Assembly: GCA_905178155.1 (NCBI GenBank)
Contig: CAJINV010000014.1
Span: 1,167,858-1,231,857 of the forward strand
DNA length: 64,000 nucleotides
Reading direction: 5' to 3'
Source of the DNA: Amoebophrya sp. A120
Lineage: Eukaryota; Protista; Dinoflagellata
Positions 23,695 through 34,748 of this stretch are shown in pieces (position 1 is the stretch's first letter; every line of letters starts with the position of its first letter). The position numbers and the translations under genes are program-made. The notes under the pieces were generated by a model that saw nothing but the letters and a program-made list of their open reading frames with translations, searched no databases and had not been told where the DNA came from.

Positions 23695-26059
23695 ATGAAT
23701 TCGTTTTCGCTCTCGTTTCCCACTCAGCGCGACAATCCGTTGCTGCTGCTGCATGAGAAGAGTGAAGGTGCTGCTCTTTACAGTACAACTAATTCGAATG
23801 CTAATGTGAACTTCGGCGCACCGCAGAAAAATAATTCGTATCCGCACGGGCACGACCAAAGTTACTTTCCAGATTTCGCGATGAACCAAAATTCGTTGCT
23901 GTTTCAGCATACTAGGGAAACGAATACTAGTAGGCATCACACCCACTTTGAAGACCACAATAGGGGCCGAAGTGTAGAAAGGCATGGTCTGACCAAATAC
24001 CAGAGAAATAAGACGACTTCGTTTACAAATCAAAATCATACCGCCCCTGGTGCTCTAAAAAAACAAGGCAGCGCCAGAATAAATTTGCCCTTTTCGTCAC
24101 CGACCGTTTCGCCTTTGTCAGAAAAAAGGCCTTCCCCGGGCGGAAGAGCAAGGAACGACCTTCAGTCCAGCCCCTCCAACCGACCCCCTGGCAGTCTCTC
24201 GGTGGACACTGAGAAAAATCTGAATTCTTGGCATCAACTACAGCTCGCGACTAGCACCAACATGGACGTCTCCCAGCTTTCCCTCGAGGGAGGGGGCAGC
24301 AGCGGCAATGAGCAGAAAAGAGGGCGGAGCAGCAAAAGGGTATAGTATCAATTTGTCTTTGATAGTAGTAGCACTAGCACTCGTAGTTGTAGAACTTTTA
24401 CTACCAGTGCCACTTGGGCATACTGGCGTCTGGTGCATGGTAGTCGTGGTAGAAAACGATTGTCATTGTGACGCCCTGCGCGTTGTATCATGACAGACAA
24501 AACTAGTGGATCGGAAAGTGCAAAAATGCGAACAATTCGAAAGAGATTTGTAATGGCAAAAACACATCTATGATTACAGTCAAGCGCCGCCCGTGCGCAA
24601 AAGGAGGGAAAAGAGGAGAAGGAGTTCAAGGACCAGACGACCAAGAAAAATCTGAATAACGTGCAACTGAAGCTAAGCAGAAATATGGCGGAGCTGCAGG
24701 AGGTAGTAGTTTTTTTAGCTGTGATGTGTACAACAGTGCCTGTTTCCATACACAGACGCGCGAGTCTGCGTGAAGTAGGACCACGGATGAAACTACATCC
24801 TCAATTTTTCGTGCATGCAAGTAGTGCAAGGCGACAGTTTTTTTGGTTTTCAATTTCATTTTCTTGTGACCTGTAAAAAAATGCGTTTCCTTCAACATGA
24901 ACAACAGAGCATCCTGCCGATTATGCTGCAGAATCAGATGAGCGACAAAAAGGGTGGCTCAGAAATGGGTTCCAAATCCAGCTCGAAAAGAAAAAGCACG
25001 TTTGGCAGCGAAGAGGCAGAAGTGCAGGCCAAGAGAATGGCGCAGGTTTGATCATGTTGATACATTCATAGTTTTTGCTTTTAAGTAGGCTTCTGTAGTT
25101 GTATTGTCTGAGTCTACAACGTACTTCTATGTCTATCTTGCGATTGCAGGTCCTTCCAACGAGGAGTGACAGTCCTTGACTTTTCTCACCGACTTGCAAC
25201 TTCTCTCACACGACGATGGACAATTTTGCGATGGCTTTGATCATTCGAAAAACATTTGTGCTTTGCATAGTTGGAAAAAAGTGTACTTCGAAAAATAAAC
25301 CAGGTAATGCTGAATGGCAAAGGGCAACAGGGGCAGCTTCTAGCCGCCCTGAACGCGGACATAGTAGCATCGAAGGCAGTGGGGACAAAGGAGCACCCGC
25401 TCGATATTCTAGCAAAGCATTGAGTCAAGTTGAACATGAATTCTCTTGTCAGACGAAGCAAAGCCAGCGGCGTGCATTGTGCTGTGTTGTACCAGGGCTT
25501 GGCCGCAAATTCCTTTTGCATTCCTTCGCATACAGATCATGCGATGCAAACTTGATTCAACATTTTTCTAGCATACGGGAGACACAAGACCTGAGGCAGT
25601 TGATCAAGATAGACGACAGAATAGAAATGTCGAAAATAGGTACAGTGGTGGCTTACTTTCAACATTTTCGAGTAGTGCATTTGAATGAATACAATTTAAA
25701 GTGTAATAAATCGCAACCCCACGACGACTAGTGGCAAAAACGCGAATGGAGTGTTTTCGAAACATCAACTTCCAGGCGCAGCCCGTTACCGTGCGGTTTC
25801 GGAGGAGGAGCTGCTGGCCGCCCAGGCAAGAAAAGACGAGGAGGACCGCATAAAACGGGAGGAGGCGGAGCGCAAGGCACGGCGCATGGAAGACGACGAT
25901 CAAACGCCATCACCGCTGAACCAGCCCCGTACCCCCAGAATGCGCCACGTCCGGAGCTACCGCTGCGCGACGGCGCGCGACCTGCAGCTGCTGCGCAAAG
26001 AAACTGTCAGGAGCCCCGACCACGAAAAGCACAAGAAGGATCTCTCCTTCCTGGGATAG
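23695..26059 (+). CDS. Hypothetical protein (about 449 aa)
   Basis: Exons 23695-24339, 24580-24702, 24908-25045, 25304-25404, 25581-25639, 25776-26059 total 1350 nt in frame. Four GT-AG introns and one TIR intron. Confidence 0.72.
25405..25575. mobile_element. TIR introner, singleton
   Basis: TIR tattctagcaaagcattgagtcaagtt / aacttgattcaacatttttctagcata. DR ctcga/cggga. Removal deletes a TGA and gives EHPLE|TQDLRQ. Confidence 0.8.
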
Positions 26060-27150
26060 CACCATGGCAACGGACAATATCCCGATCCTTTCAATTCCAC
26101 TTCTTTGTTTCAAGCGTTTACACTACACTCACAGTTTTGAATTTGATTTAAGTTTTCCAATAGACAAATGCACATCCAATTATACCAATCCAATTTCCAA
26201 TAGATCCAATGCACAGTAGACGACGCTGCCTACTTACCAGTAGAGTAGCAGCGGAAAGATGGGAAGAGCGCTCTCATCTGCGCGCGCCAATAATCCAATG
26301 TTGTTACAATCCAATAGAAGCATTACCTCGTAACTCGTTGCTCGTGGACGTGGTATCCGCGTTAGCAGTGCAACAGTTCGTAGGAGTGGGTTATAGCAGC
26401 TGTGCGGTCGTGTGAGGAAAATTTATTTTCGCAAGAAGAGCAAATGTCGTGTGGTGTACCAGCATCGAGCTGACTATACAACACGCTGCACGTCGACAGG
26501 GACAACACACAAAAACCGCGTAGCCGCACCTGCCAGAAGTAGTTCCACTTGATTACCTGGGCCGAGGAATGAGGAGGATTTATTTATGTCGGTATAAATG
26601 AATAAAAGCAATGCTAACAGAAGCTGATTAACCTACCTCATGCAAATGAACTCCGTGCTAATGTTGAATTTGAACGTGCGCTCACATTATTTCGCACGAT
26701 CTGTGTGGGCTATTTTTTGTACAATAAAGTCGACAACAAATACCATTGGCGTTGTCATTGGATATAGATATCAACCGCTCGAATTTTCAATTCTATCAAG
26801 AAGGCCCAGTCTTGAAAAAACGAACCTAGGCCCGCTCGTCTTGATGTTGGTCCCTTTGATGTGAGCAAAAAATGTTGGTGTCCCCGTTTTTGAGTTAGCA
26901 TCATGCGGACCTTTTTTGAAGTGGACATGCGTATCGGTCCTCTCTTGCAGCTTGTAGTGAATTATGCACGCCGGCGAATTTGGAAAAATCTGTGTTGTGC
27001 ACGTCTACGTGTTACAGGTAGAAGTTCGGTTTTCAGACAGTAAAGTAAAAAAACTTTCGTTCTATCTCTATGTCTTCGTAGTTTTGCGTCGGTCTGCAGC
27101 AACGAGGAGTGCTGTGAAGTTTTACGTACACATTTTCGTATTCGTACACA

Positions 27151-27523
27151 TGTTTCGGTGACGTTTTACAGACCGCTTGTGGTTGTTTGGCCTACAAGCC
27201 TCTTCTTCGGTAAGTAGTTGAGAGCGTGAAACGAAGAAAATCAGGGCGTGTCGGCTTCCGTTGTTTCGTACCCTTGTTTCGGTGACGTTTTACAGACCGC
27301 TTGTGGTTGTTTGGCCTACAAGCCTCTTCTTCGGTAAGTAGTTGAGAGCATGAAACGAAGAAAATCAGGGCGTGTCGGATTACGTTGTTTCGTACCCTTG
27401 TTTCGGTGACGTTTTACAGACCGCTTGTGGTTGTTTGGCCTACAAGCCTCTTCTTCGGTAAGTAGTTGAGAGCGTGAAACGAAGAAAATCAGGGCGTGTC
27501 GGCTTCCGTTGTTTCGTACCCTT
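27151..27523. repeat. Tandem repeat, 3 x 124 bp, near-identical
   Basis: Units start with tgtttcggtgacgttttacagaccgc at 27151, 27275 and 27399; only a few substitutions, in unit 2. Confidence 0.95.
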
Positions 27524-30500
27524 GGGCAGCACGTGTCGGTTTGGGTTAGAACAGGGTAACAGAAAACCTTGAAGTGACCGGGGAGGTCACGTCCACCCGG
27601 CCGGCCGGCCGGGTGGACCGTGACCGGGGGTAGATCATGTCCCGCGGCTGCTATCCGGGCGCGGGCTGCGCCAGATGTTAGTTTTATTTGGTGCGCGGAG
27701 CAGAGCCGCTCCGGCTCCACCCGCAGTGCCTATAATCGAAAGCCTGGGTGGGCCTCAGGCTCCTGCAAAGTAGCTAGCGTTGCGGGGGCGGATTTTTTTT
27801 ATGCAGTAGCTACTGAAGTAGCGAGACACCGCTGGCAACCGCTCGAAGCACCCCGCCCGCCCACCCACCCCGACCCAACCCAAGCCCCACGCACGCGGCT
27901 GCGACTCCCCCGCCCCCGTCCGTTTCCCCGACTTTGCTTGCGCGCAAACGGGGAAAAGGGGCTGGGGGTAGGAATGCTCCGCGCTGCACCTTGGGCCAAA
28001 AGTGTCTCGGTGCAGACTTCGTGGCGCCACCACTTGGATCCGCCTGAGGCTGAGCTCGGACGACGCGCCGCATATTGAGACCTGTGGCTCTCAGGTGCAA
28101 TGACCTGAACCCTAGCACTGAACGACTTTGGCTCAAGGTACAGCGCCACGACCTCCTGGTGCCCCCATGCCCTTTTCACTCTTCGCGCGAAGGGTGAAAA
28201 TGGACCGGGGGTGGGAAGTCGCGGCGCTGTGCATTGATCCCAAAATGTCGCGACGCAGACTTCGCGTCTTTGCCACGGTCATATGTCCGCGGCAATATCA
28301 TGCAGCAGGCCCATGGGTATCAGCAGGTCGGATGCGTTGTATATTGAGCCCAGAGCGAAGTCATGGCTCCGAGGTTTAGTGAGCCGCACTCTACCACTGG
28401 ACGACTTTGGCTCAAGGCACATTGCCGCGACTCCATCCTCCCAATCCCATTTCGCCCTTCGTGCGCGCGAGGGGTAAAAAGGGACGGAGGGTAGCAAGTC
28501 ACTGCTTCTTGTACTTGTTGCAGCAGGTCCATCTCTAGTATGGGCATGCGCTCGCGCTCGGGCGCATTAAGTACATATTAAGGCCTGGAGCTCCACGGTG
28601 CACCGAGGTGCATTCTGCCAGTGCACGACTTTGGCTCAAGGTGAGGTTTGTTTTCGTTGTTTCGTACCCTTGGGCAGCACGTGTCGGTTTGACTTCTGTT
28701 CTGACTTCTCCTTTTCGGCGACACCGCCGTCGCGGGGATGTCCTTGCCCGGTTGCTCCCGCCAGACCTGTTGCTTGGTCCCAGCAGCGCCTACCGGTGCG
28801 TTCCCCGGGTACGCCAGCAAAGTGGGCGGTGTTTGGCGCTGACTTGCATTGCGGGGCAGGGTGGGCTGTTGGTCCTCGTCCGGAAACTTCAGCTGGGTCA
28901 ACTGCACCATGGCATTGCGCTCGGCCTGGTTTATTGGTATTTTGTATGTTTGTCATGCGAAACAAAATTGCTGTTCTTTTTGTGAAGATGCACGACAGAC
29001 ATAGTATTAAGAAGCGACTTCGTGGATCATGTGAATGTCAACTGACAAAAGACTTTTTACCTGTTCCGACCGCACGATAGCCCCATTGGTGTCCACAGAA
29101 AGCGTCCCCCAAGAAGGTATACTCATGATTCGCCTTCCGATATCAATTACCTTGCAGGAGCTTTAAGTTTTTCATGCACGATGCTGTTCTTCGACTTCGT
29201 GTACTGACAATTATGCAGACTTTTAGTAGAAAGAGATGGCACTGTAATGGAAGTGAATTTCTGTGCTCAAGATGAACATGGTCTAATTCTACTTGAAACG
29301 AGTGAAAATTGCATGGAGAATCATCTTCATCTAACTACTTGCCTTTTTCTACCACCCGCAACAAATCCTAAAAAGGGTCAGAAACACCTTCACACACGAC
29401 GAAGTCGCTTACTTGCTTGTGCGAAGGTGTTCCAGCTTCTAGGGGGTCTTTTTCTTACTAGCAGATTCTTGCACTACTTAGCCGTGATGCTCACAATAGA
29501 ACGGGTTCCGGGTTGTATATCAAGCTCTTCTATATTAGCTCTGTTGTAGTGTTTTTCGTTTGCGCAAAAATACAGTGAAATTCATCTTGCCTCTCTCGTG
29601 ACAACAACTGGTGACACTAGCGTGTTCTGTTGGCCCGCTTTGTTCCGTATCTCACCGCTCTTTCTTGAGGTTGCACGAATGATCAAGTAGCTTTGAATTG
29701 GTGGACGAGAAATACGACTCTGTATACGTTTTGCTGTACGGTGAGTAGTGCTTACAAGTACCTCTGCAGCACGTCTCTCCTCCTCCACACGGGGCAGAGT
29801 AAGCTGAAATTACGGACCGAACTAGAGGCACGACTCTCAACATCAACTTCGGGCGGAAAAGCGAAAAACTTATACTAGCCACTTTTCTTGCTTCGTACAT
29901 CGTGTCGCAACACGCACTTTCAGGGTCGGGGGGCTTTTTAGTGGTGCACGATGAATAATTACAGCCAGTTGTACATACGTTGCACGTACAATTTGTCACG
30001 GGACGACGCTGGCACTTTTACGACTCCGGAATCGAATCCAAACGCGCATTTCTTTATTGGAGAGAACGATAGTTTCGGTCCAAAAGTAGTAGTGGAACAC
30101 TATCGGCCCGAAGTCTTTTCGATTGTTCAATCATATACCTCGTCGTCCAACTGGTGGCCCGACGACCGGGGTTCCGTCATTCTGCTTTTATTCCCATGAA
30201 AAGACGTTATGAAAAAGCACAATATAGTCGGGATGCGACAAATTTGACGGGATACGTGAATCTGTATGCAGGTCTGGTTTTGGTAGTTGTCACATGATTC
30301 TCGCAATTAACTTTATTTTTAGTGCGCTTTTATTTTTGTCCCAGTGACGTGTGAGTCCAAACTGATAGCGGGTCGAGCAAGTTCTACAGATATCTTCGGG
30401 CAGGTGGGTAGCTGCAAAAATAGTTCAGAGCGGGCAATACATTGTACGGAGCTGTTGTGAGAAAAGAACGCTGAACATGAATGTGAAAATATGTAGCCAA

Positions 30501-30579
30501 TTGAAATTGCTATTGAATGTGGAAACTCAAAAAATAGGTTTTCGTTGTTTCGTACCCTTGGGCAGCACGTGTCGGTTTG
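27507..30579. repeat. Dispersed identical 37-bp direct repeat, three copies
   Basis: cgttgtttcgtacccttgggcagcacgtgtcggtttg at 27507-27543, 28655-28691 and 30543-30579, with unrelated downstream flanks. Confidence 0.95.
27950..28645. repeat. Diverged GC-rich modular repeat carrying cgactttggctcaagg three times
   Basis: tttggctcaag at 28127, 28406 and 28630; related inverted modules near 27986 and 28231. Confidence 0.65.
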
Positions 30580-31463
30580 CGTTACAGTTGCACGAACTTG
30601 GTGTTTTCAGCCGAGTTATTTTTTAGTGGCGCAGAGTGAATCATTTACATTTTAGTTTCTGTGCCCACCTCCTAATAAATCCCCTGAGGCGTCATCACAA
30701 CGGACCCCCCAGTATTGAACTCAACAAAGACGTCGAAGATTTTTGTTTTTCTTTTGCATACAAGAGTATAAATTGGTAAATTGATTTCTATTCACGCTGC
30801 ACCCATTTTTACTTTGTTGCATTTATTTTCCAGTTTTTCTTTTTGACGGTTCCCCCCGTCTAAATTCATTTTTTGAAAAAAACCACTTTTCTTCGACCAG
30901 AATCCGCAGCACGACTTGCACCATGCAGAAGAAATTGTTGAAGGTATACCTCATTAAAGAGGCCGTCACCGGCCAAGAGCGCGCGTTGGCCGTCGACAGC
31001 GAGAAGCTGCGGCCTGCCGTCGAGGAAACGGCGGAAGCGGGAGGATCTTCCACATCATCTTTTGTGCAAGAAAAGACGCAGGAACGGCGACGCCGTCTGC
31101 GCGGGAACTGCTGCCCTGATCCTCCAGGTACCGTCCCTAACACCCGTTCCATTCTGCCACCGAACCTCGAGGGGGTGCGGGAAAACGCAGGTCCGTATGG
31201 AAGGCGAATCAGCAGTGCTAAAAATCTACTTTTTCGTAGTTGGGTGTAAGTAGTTAATAAGCCCGGTAGACGCAGCCACAGATCGATGACAAGGTGCTGT
31301 TGCTCTGGTGTCAAAACAGGTACACAGGCATGTCGTGGTATAAGAATGTCGATACTTAGTCAGAAATAAGCGCAAATCATCTTCATCACAATGACAAAAA
31401 ATGCCGACGAGTGTAGAAGTTATGCATGATTTCATGTTTCCAGATCTTCATTAACGGGCAGAT

Positions 31464-34400
31464 ATGAAGCGCTCACTTGCTTTGCATAATGGAGGAAATG
31501 CTCGTCCAGGTTCCGGACAACTTGGTTCTGACCCCTACCGGGCGACGACGCTCGAGTCTGCACCTGTGATTTCCCCAGAAGAAAAAGCGAAATTGGAGCA
31601 AGAAATTTACTACGCACTGAAAATTATATGTTGGGGTCTGAAACGTCGCAACTCGTAGTCGTACTGGTAAATCCAATCGGGATCGTGCAGTGAAAATGCT
31701 GCGCGAAAGCTAAAAGTTTCCAACTTCTAGTACCTGCTACACGACAAAGCGGGATTTTCTCATGCGGAGTAGGCATTAAGAAGCGAAATAAGCAGTGATG
31801 CTTTTGTGCGCATTTTTCCAGACCGGCATGATCTTCGTTGTCCAAGCTCAAGCATGCCAGAATGGGACACTCTTCCAGATCCTGACATATTTGCTGTTAA
31901 TAGCTGCCACGAAGGGAATCACCGAAGCCCGTCTTCGCAGATCAATTCTCCAAATTTCATTTTTTACAGAGGAGCACTTCCGCATGCATATGAGTAAAGA
32001 GAAACATGCAGATTTCGGGATTTGCACTTCTCGCGGTGGCTGGTGGCCTCACCAAATGGACTTCTTGTTTCGTAGGAAAGATTTAAGGTAATACAAAAGC
32101 TTGTGCACTACCTTGTCAAATGCAAAAGAGTACAGTGCTCTCAGGGCCAGGCAACACCCGCGAGTTGCTGCATGGCGTGTTGCATTTGTTATTGCTACAA
32201 ACATATTGGAAGGAGATCGCGTGCGCGATCGGCTGTTTATGGTGTGGTTGGTGTTTTTCCCGTGGATCGGTTTGCCACTCGCGAAGCCACGATTGACAGG
32301 CTCCAGAAGGAACTTGATAAAGTGAAAGCGAAGATGCCCGATCTGCCACCACTGTTGAAGAGAAGTGGCAGATTCTACGTTGATGAGCTGACCCACCAGG
32401 GCAAGTTCAACAGTCTCCCGCGAGAAGATATGCCCTGCTCAGGAGTTGCAATGTCAATGTCTCCCGTTCCAATATTTTGTTTTCGCTCATTTATTATGTC
32501 GAATTTGCAAGTGAGGTGCTTGATCTATCTTTGTTGTCCTTACAGCACTGAATCACTCCAGCTGTGTTCTTATCCTCCCAGCATCAGATGCACATACCAA
32601 GTCGAGTTCTTAGACCTACGAAGCAGAGCTGCTGTCACGCAAATAGAAGACGGAGAACTCACTGAACTTGTCTTATCTGGATTCCTCATGAAGAAGAATT
32701 TCAATTGCTGGCTAACAGTTGAGGTTGCAACACCTGAGCGGACTTCTATACCGGACAAAACATTTTTCATCGGGGAGGTGAATTGGCAGAAAGAAGAGCA
32801 CTCTCGTCCGCTGGAGGAGAAGAAAAAGGCCAAGGAACGGGAGTTCAAGAAGCACCAGAGGGAGGAGGAGTTTGAAATTCAAAATTTGAAAAAACAACCT
32901 ATCAAACTGAAAGGGGTTATTTTCACGCACTTCTGATAGAACTACAGCAAGAGCAAGACCCAAGAACAGCGTGTTTTCTCGGCGTGGTTGTGTTAGCGAA
33001 ATAGGGAAAGTGCTGTGCTGTTTGCGCCAGTCAAGGTCGAGAAATCATTTGCTTTTGGTAGCGAAAGTACAAGTGCCAAGGTTTTGCTTTCGTGTTATTT
33101 CAGTAGCACAATTACGATATAATTTGGTGTTGGTCTGTAACTCTAAACACGCGCAAGCGAAATGTTCGCCCTTTGTTTCACCTGCAATGTTACCAAGTCA
33201 ATATGTCCATGGGACCGCGTCCCGCCTTGCGAAGAGTTTCCAACTTCATCTCTCAGAGGGCCGAGATGACCCTTTGCCTTTTCAGTTTCATAAGATTCGA
33301 AGGGAAAGGACCTGTGGATGAGAGTGTGAGAGAACTCCACGACTTATCGGTAGCGCAGGACGACGCTCGCGACGAAAATTAAGCTGGCAAGAAGCCGGTG
33401 TGTGTTTGTGGTTGGTATACGGCAACACCAAGAAACGGAGCAAACCTTGCATATCCATGGAAGCCTCTGCATGGGAATAAGTAAGCATTCTGGCGTACCA
33501 CGCTACGAATGTTTTGCTTGGGGTTTCATATCGGATTCTTGTTTCTATATTATTTGCGCTTTTTAACCAGCATGAGAATGACCAACTTTTTTCATGCAAT
33601 AACATTTCAGTGTCTCACCAGTTTGGACAGACTCTCACCTCTGTTGGCGCAGATCAAGTCTCCGTGCACCCGCGCGCAGAGGAGATCTGTAAAATGTATA
33701 AATGAGTGCATCTATCTTCGCTTCATGAATTCGTCCTGGCATGATTTTGATAGGTAAACGCCGTATCTAAGTTCTGTGTGCCATTGCTCGCAAAACCACA
33801 AACCTTGCATGTCTATATTCTGAGTGAAGTGGACGCCCGGTGGATGCCTCCTATTAACGAGTTTGCCAAAGAGGCGGATTTCGCAAAGTGGTGTTGCGAG
33901 GAAGCAGGCCTTTTGAAGTTGAGTGGTGAGCCTTGTGAGTCGAAGGTTATCGTGATGTCAGCTGGGGTGAAATCGACAGAAGCAGAATGGAAGCAACCTT
34001 TTGATGCATGAAATGCCTCACATAGAGACAAGATGGCGGTACTTTGGCATGGCAAGCAATTTAAGGTGAGGATGCTGATCCATCGCATTCCTGAACCTGT
34101 AAAACAAATTATTCTATTTTGACGATTTCCCGGACGACACTGCCATACATAGGGGGCGAGCCGGAGACGGTCTTAACAAGAATTGGCTGGCCGCAAGTGA
34201 CGACGAGAAGGAGCAGATGCGACGCGACTACAACGAGAAATTCTTGCCCAAGCAGGAAGCTGAGCGTACCAAACAAGTATCTCATGAAAACAAGGCAGAT
34301 CTCTCCTGGTAGAAAGTAAATGGCGCTGCCTCGCTCAGTTATGCGGACTGGCCATGACATTTTTAGTTGTGCCAGCAGTTGGCGGGCTCGGGCACTAGGT

Positions 34401-34748
34401 AGACAGCGACAGCACGTTGAGCATCTAACTGCAATAAGTACGACGCCACATTCAATGCCACTTGTGGAGTCGCAAATGCTGACGTCTCATGCAAACTTGG
34501 CTATGGTCATGTTAATCTTAATGACGCACAGTGGCGTCGGCGTCGCAGAGAAAAAGAATTTGTATTGCGTGATCGATGATTGCGATTGCCTCTCGGATGG
34601 CATTTGCGTGGCACAATGCCGGTTCTTGTTCGGACGTCCATGGATTCTACTGATGTCTTAGTCTTGCAGAGATAAAGAAGCAACCGCAACAGGCTTGTTT
34701 GTGATTCTCAAAGTACTCGACCTACTACGCCAGCGCGCCAGAAACTAG
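31464..34748 (+). CDS. Hidden multi-exon gene (or pseudogene) interrupted by seven decayed TIR introners; possible divergent HMG-box-like segments; both ends uncertain
   Basis: Exons 31464-31610, 31908-31985, 32274-32428, 32756-32899, 33298-33344, 33758-33947, 34153-34277 and about 34681-34748 join into one stop-free frame (..EQEIY|HEGNH..ALPH|ATREATIDRLQKELDKVKAKMPDLPP..FNSLPRE|DKTFF..KKQ|PEGKG..LHD|YAVSK..SKV|GRAGDGLNKNWLAASDDEKEQMRRDYNE..). ORF 30923-31249 may supply an upstream exon. Confidence 0.55.
31611..31902. mobile_element. Decayed TIR introner, family B (orientation 2)
   Basis: tacgcactgaaaattatatgttggggtctgaaa ... cttccagatcctgacatatttgctgttaata. Internal ttttctcatgcggagtaggcat resembles 46325-46586. 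DR no longer matches (tttac/gctgc). Confidence 0.75.
31986..32268. mobile_element. Decayed TIR introner, probably family F in reverse orientation
   Basis: Right end tatggtgtggttggtgtttttcccgtggatc resembles the reverse complement of the 17007 left end. Left end tgagtaaa..catgcagattt resembles the reverse complement of the 13380 right end. Length about 283 versus 279. Terminal TA not preserved. Confidence 0.5.
32429..32750. mobile_element. TIR introner, family D (diverged; in frame and stop-free)
   Basis: tatgccctgctcaggagttgcaatgtcaa ... ttgaggttgcaacacctgagcggacttctata. DR gaaga/ccgga. Read through by ORF 32103-32936. Confidence 0.82.
32900..33292. mobile_element. Decayed TIR introner, singleton
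   Basis: TIR tatcaaactgaaaggggttattttc / gagatgaccctttgccttttcagtttcata. DR lost. Removing element + 5 nt joins open frames. Confidence 0.7.
33345..33752. mobile_element. Decayed TIR introner, singleton
   Basis: tatcggtagcgcaggacga / tcgtcctggcatgattttgata. DR lost. Removing element + 5 nt joins the frame of ORF 33778. Confidence 0.5.
33948..34147. mobile_element. Decayed TIR introner, singleton
   Basis: tatcgtgatgtcagctggggtgaaatcgacagaagcagaat / attctattttgacgatttcccggacgacactgccata. Removing element + 5 nt gives a protein-like frame. Confidence 0.6.
34278..34674. mobile_element. Decayed TIR introner, singleton (5- or 6-nt DR)
   Basis: tatctcatgaaaacaaggca / tgtcttagtcttgcagagata. Flanks aacaag/aagaag. 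Confidence 0.55.

Noticed and set aside
27151-27523. Hammerhead-ribozyme-like stem on the minus strand of the 124-bp unit (gaaga-ggc-ttgtag-gcc-aaac)
   Set aside because: The catalytic core CUGANGA and GAAA are not intact.
27151-30579. CRISPR array suggested by the 37-bp repeat and the tandem units
   Set aside because: The 124-bp units have identical interiors, the 37-mers are more than 1 kb apart, there are no cas genes and the context is eukaryotic.
31196-31464. An eighth introner linking ORF 30923 to the hidden gene
   Set aside because: TA...TA ends and element + 5 nt removal keep the frame, but the inverted repeat is too weak and there is no DR; left unannotated.
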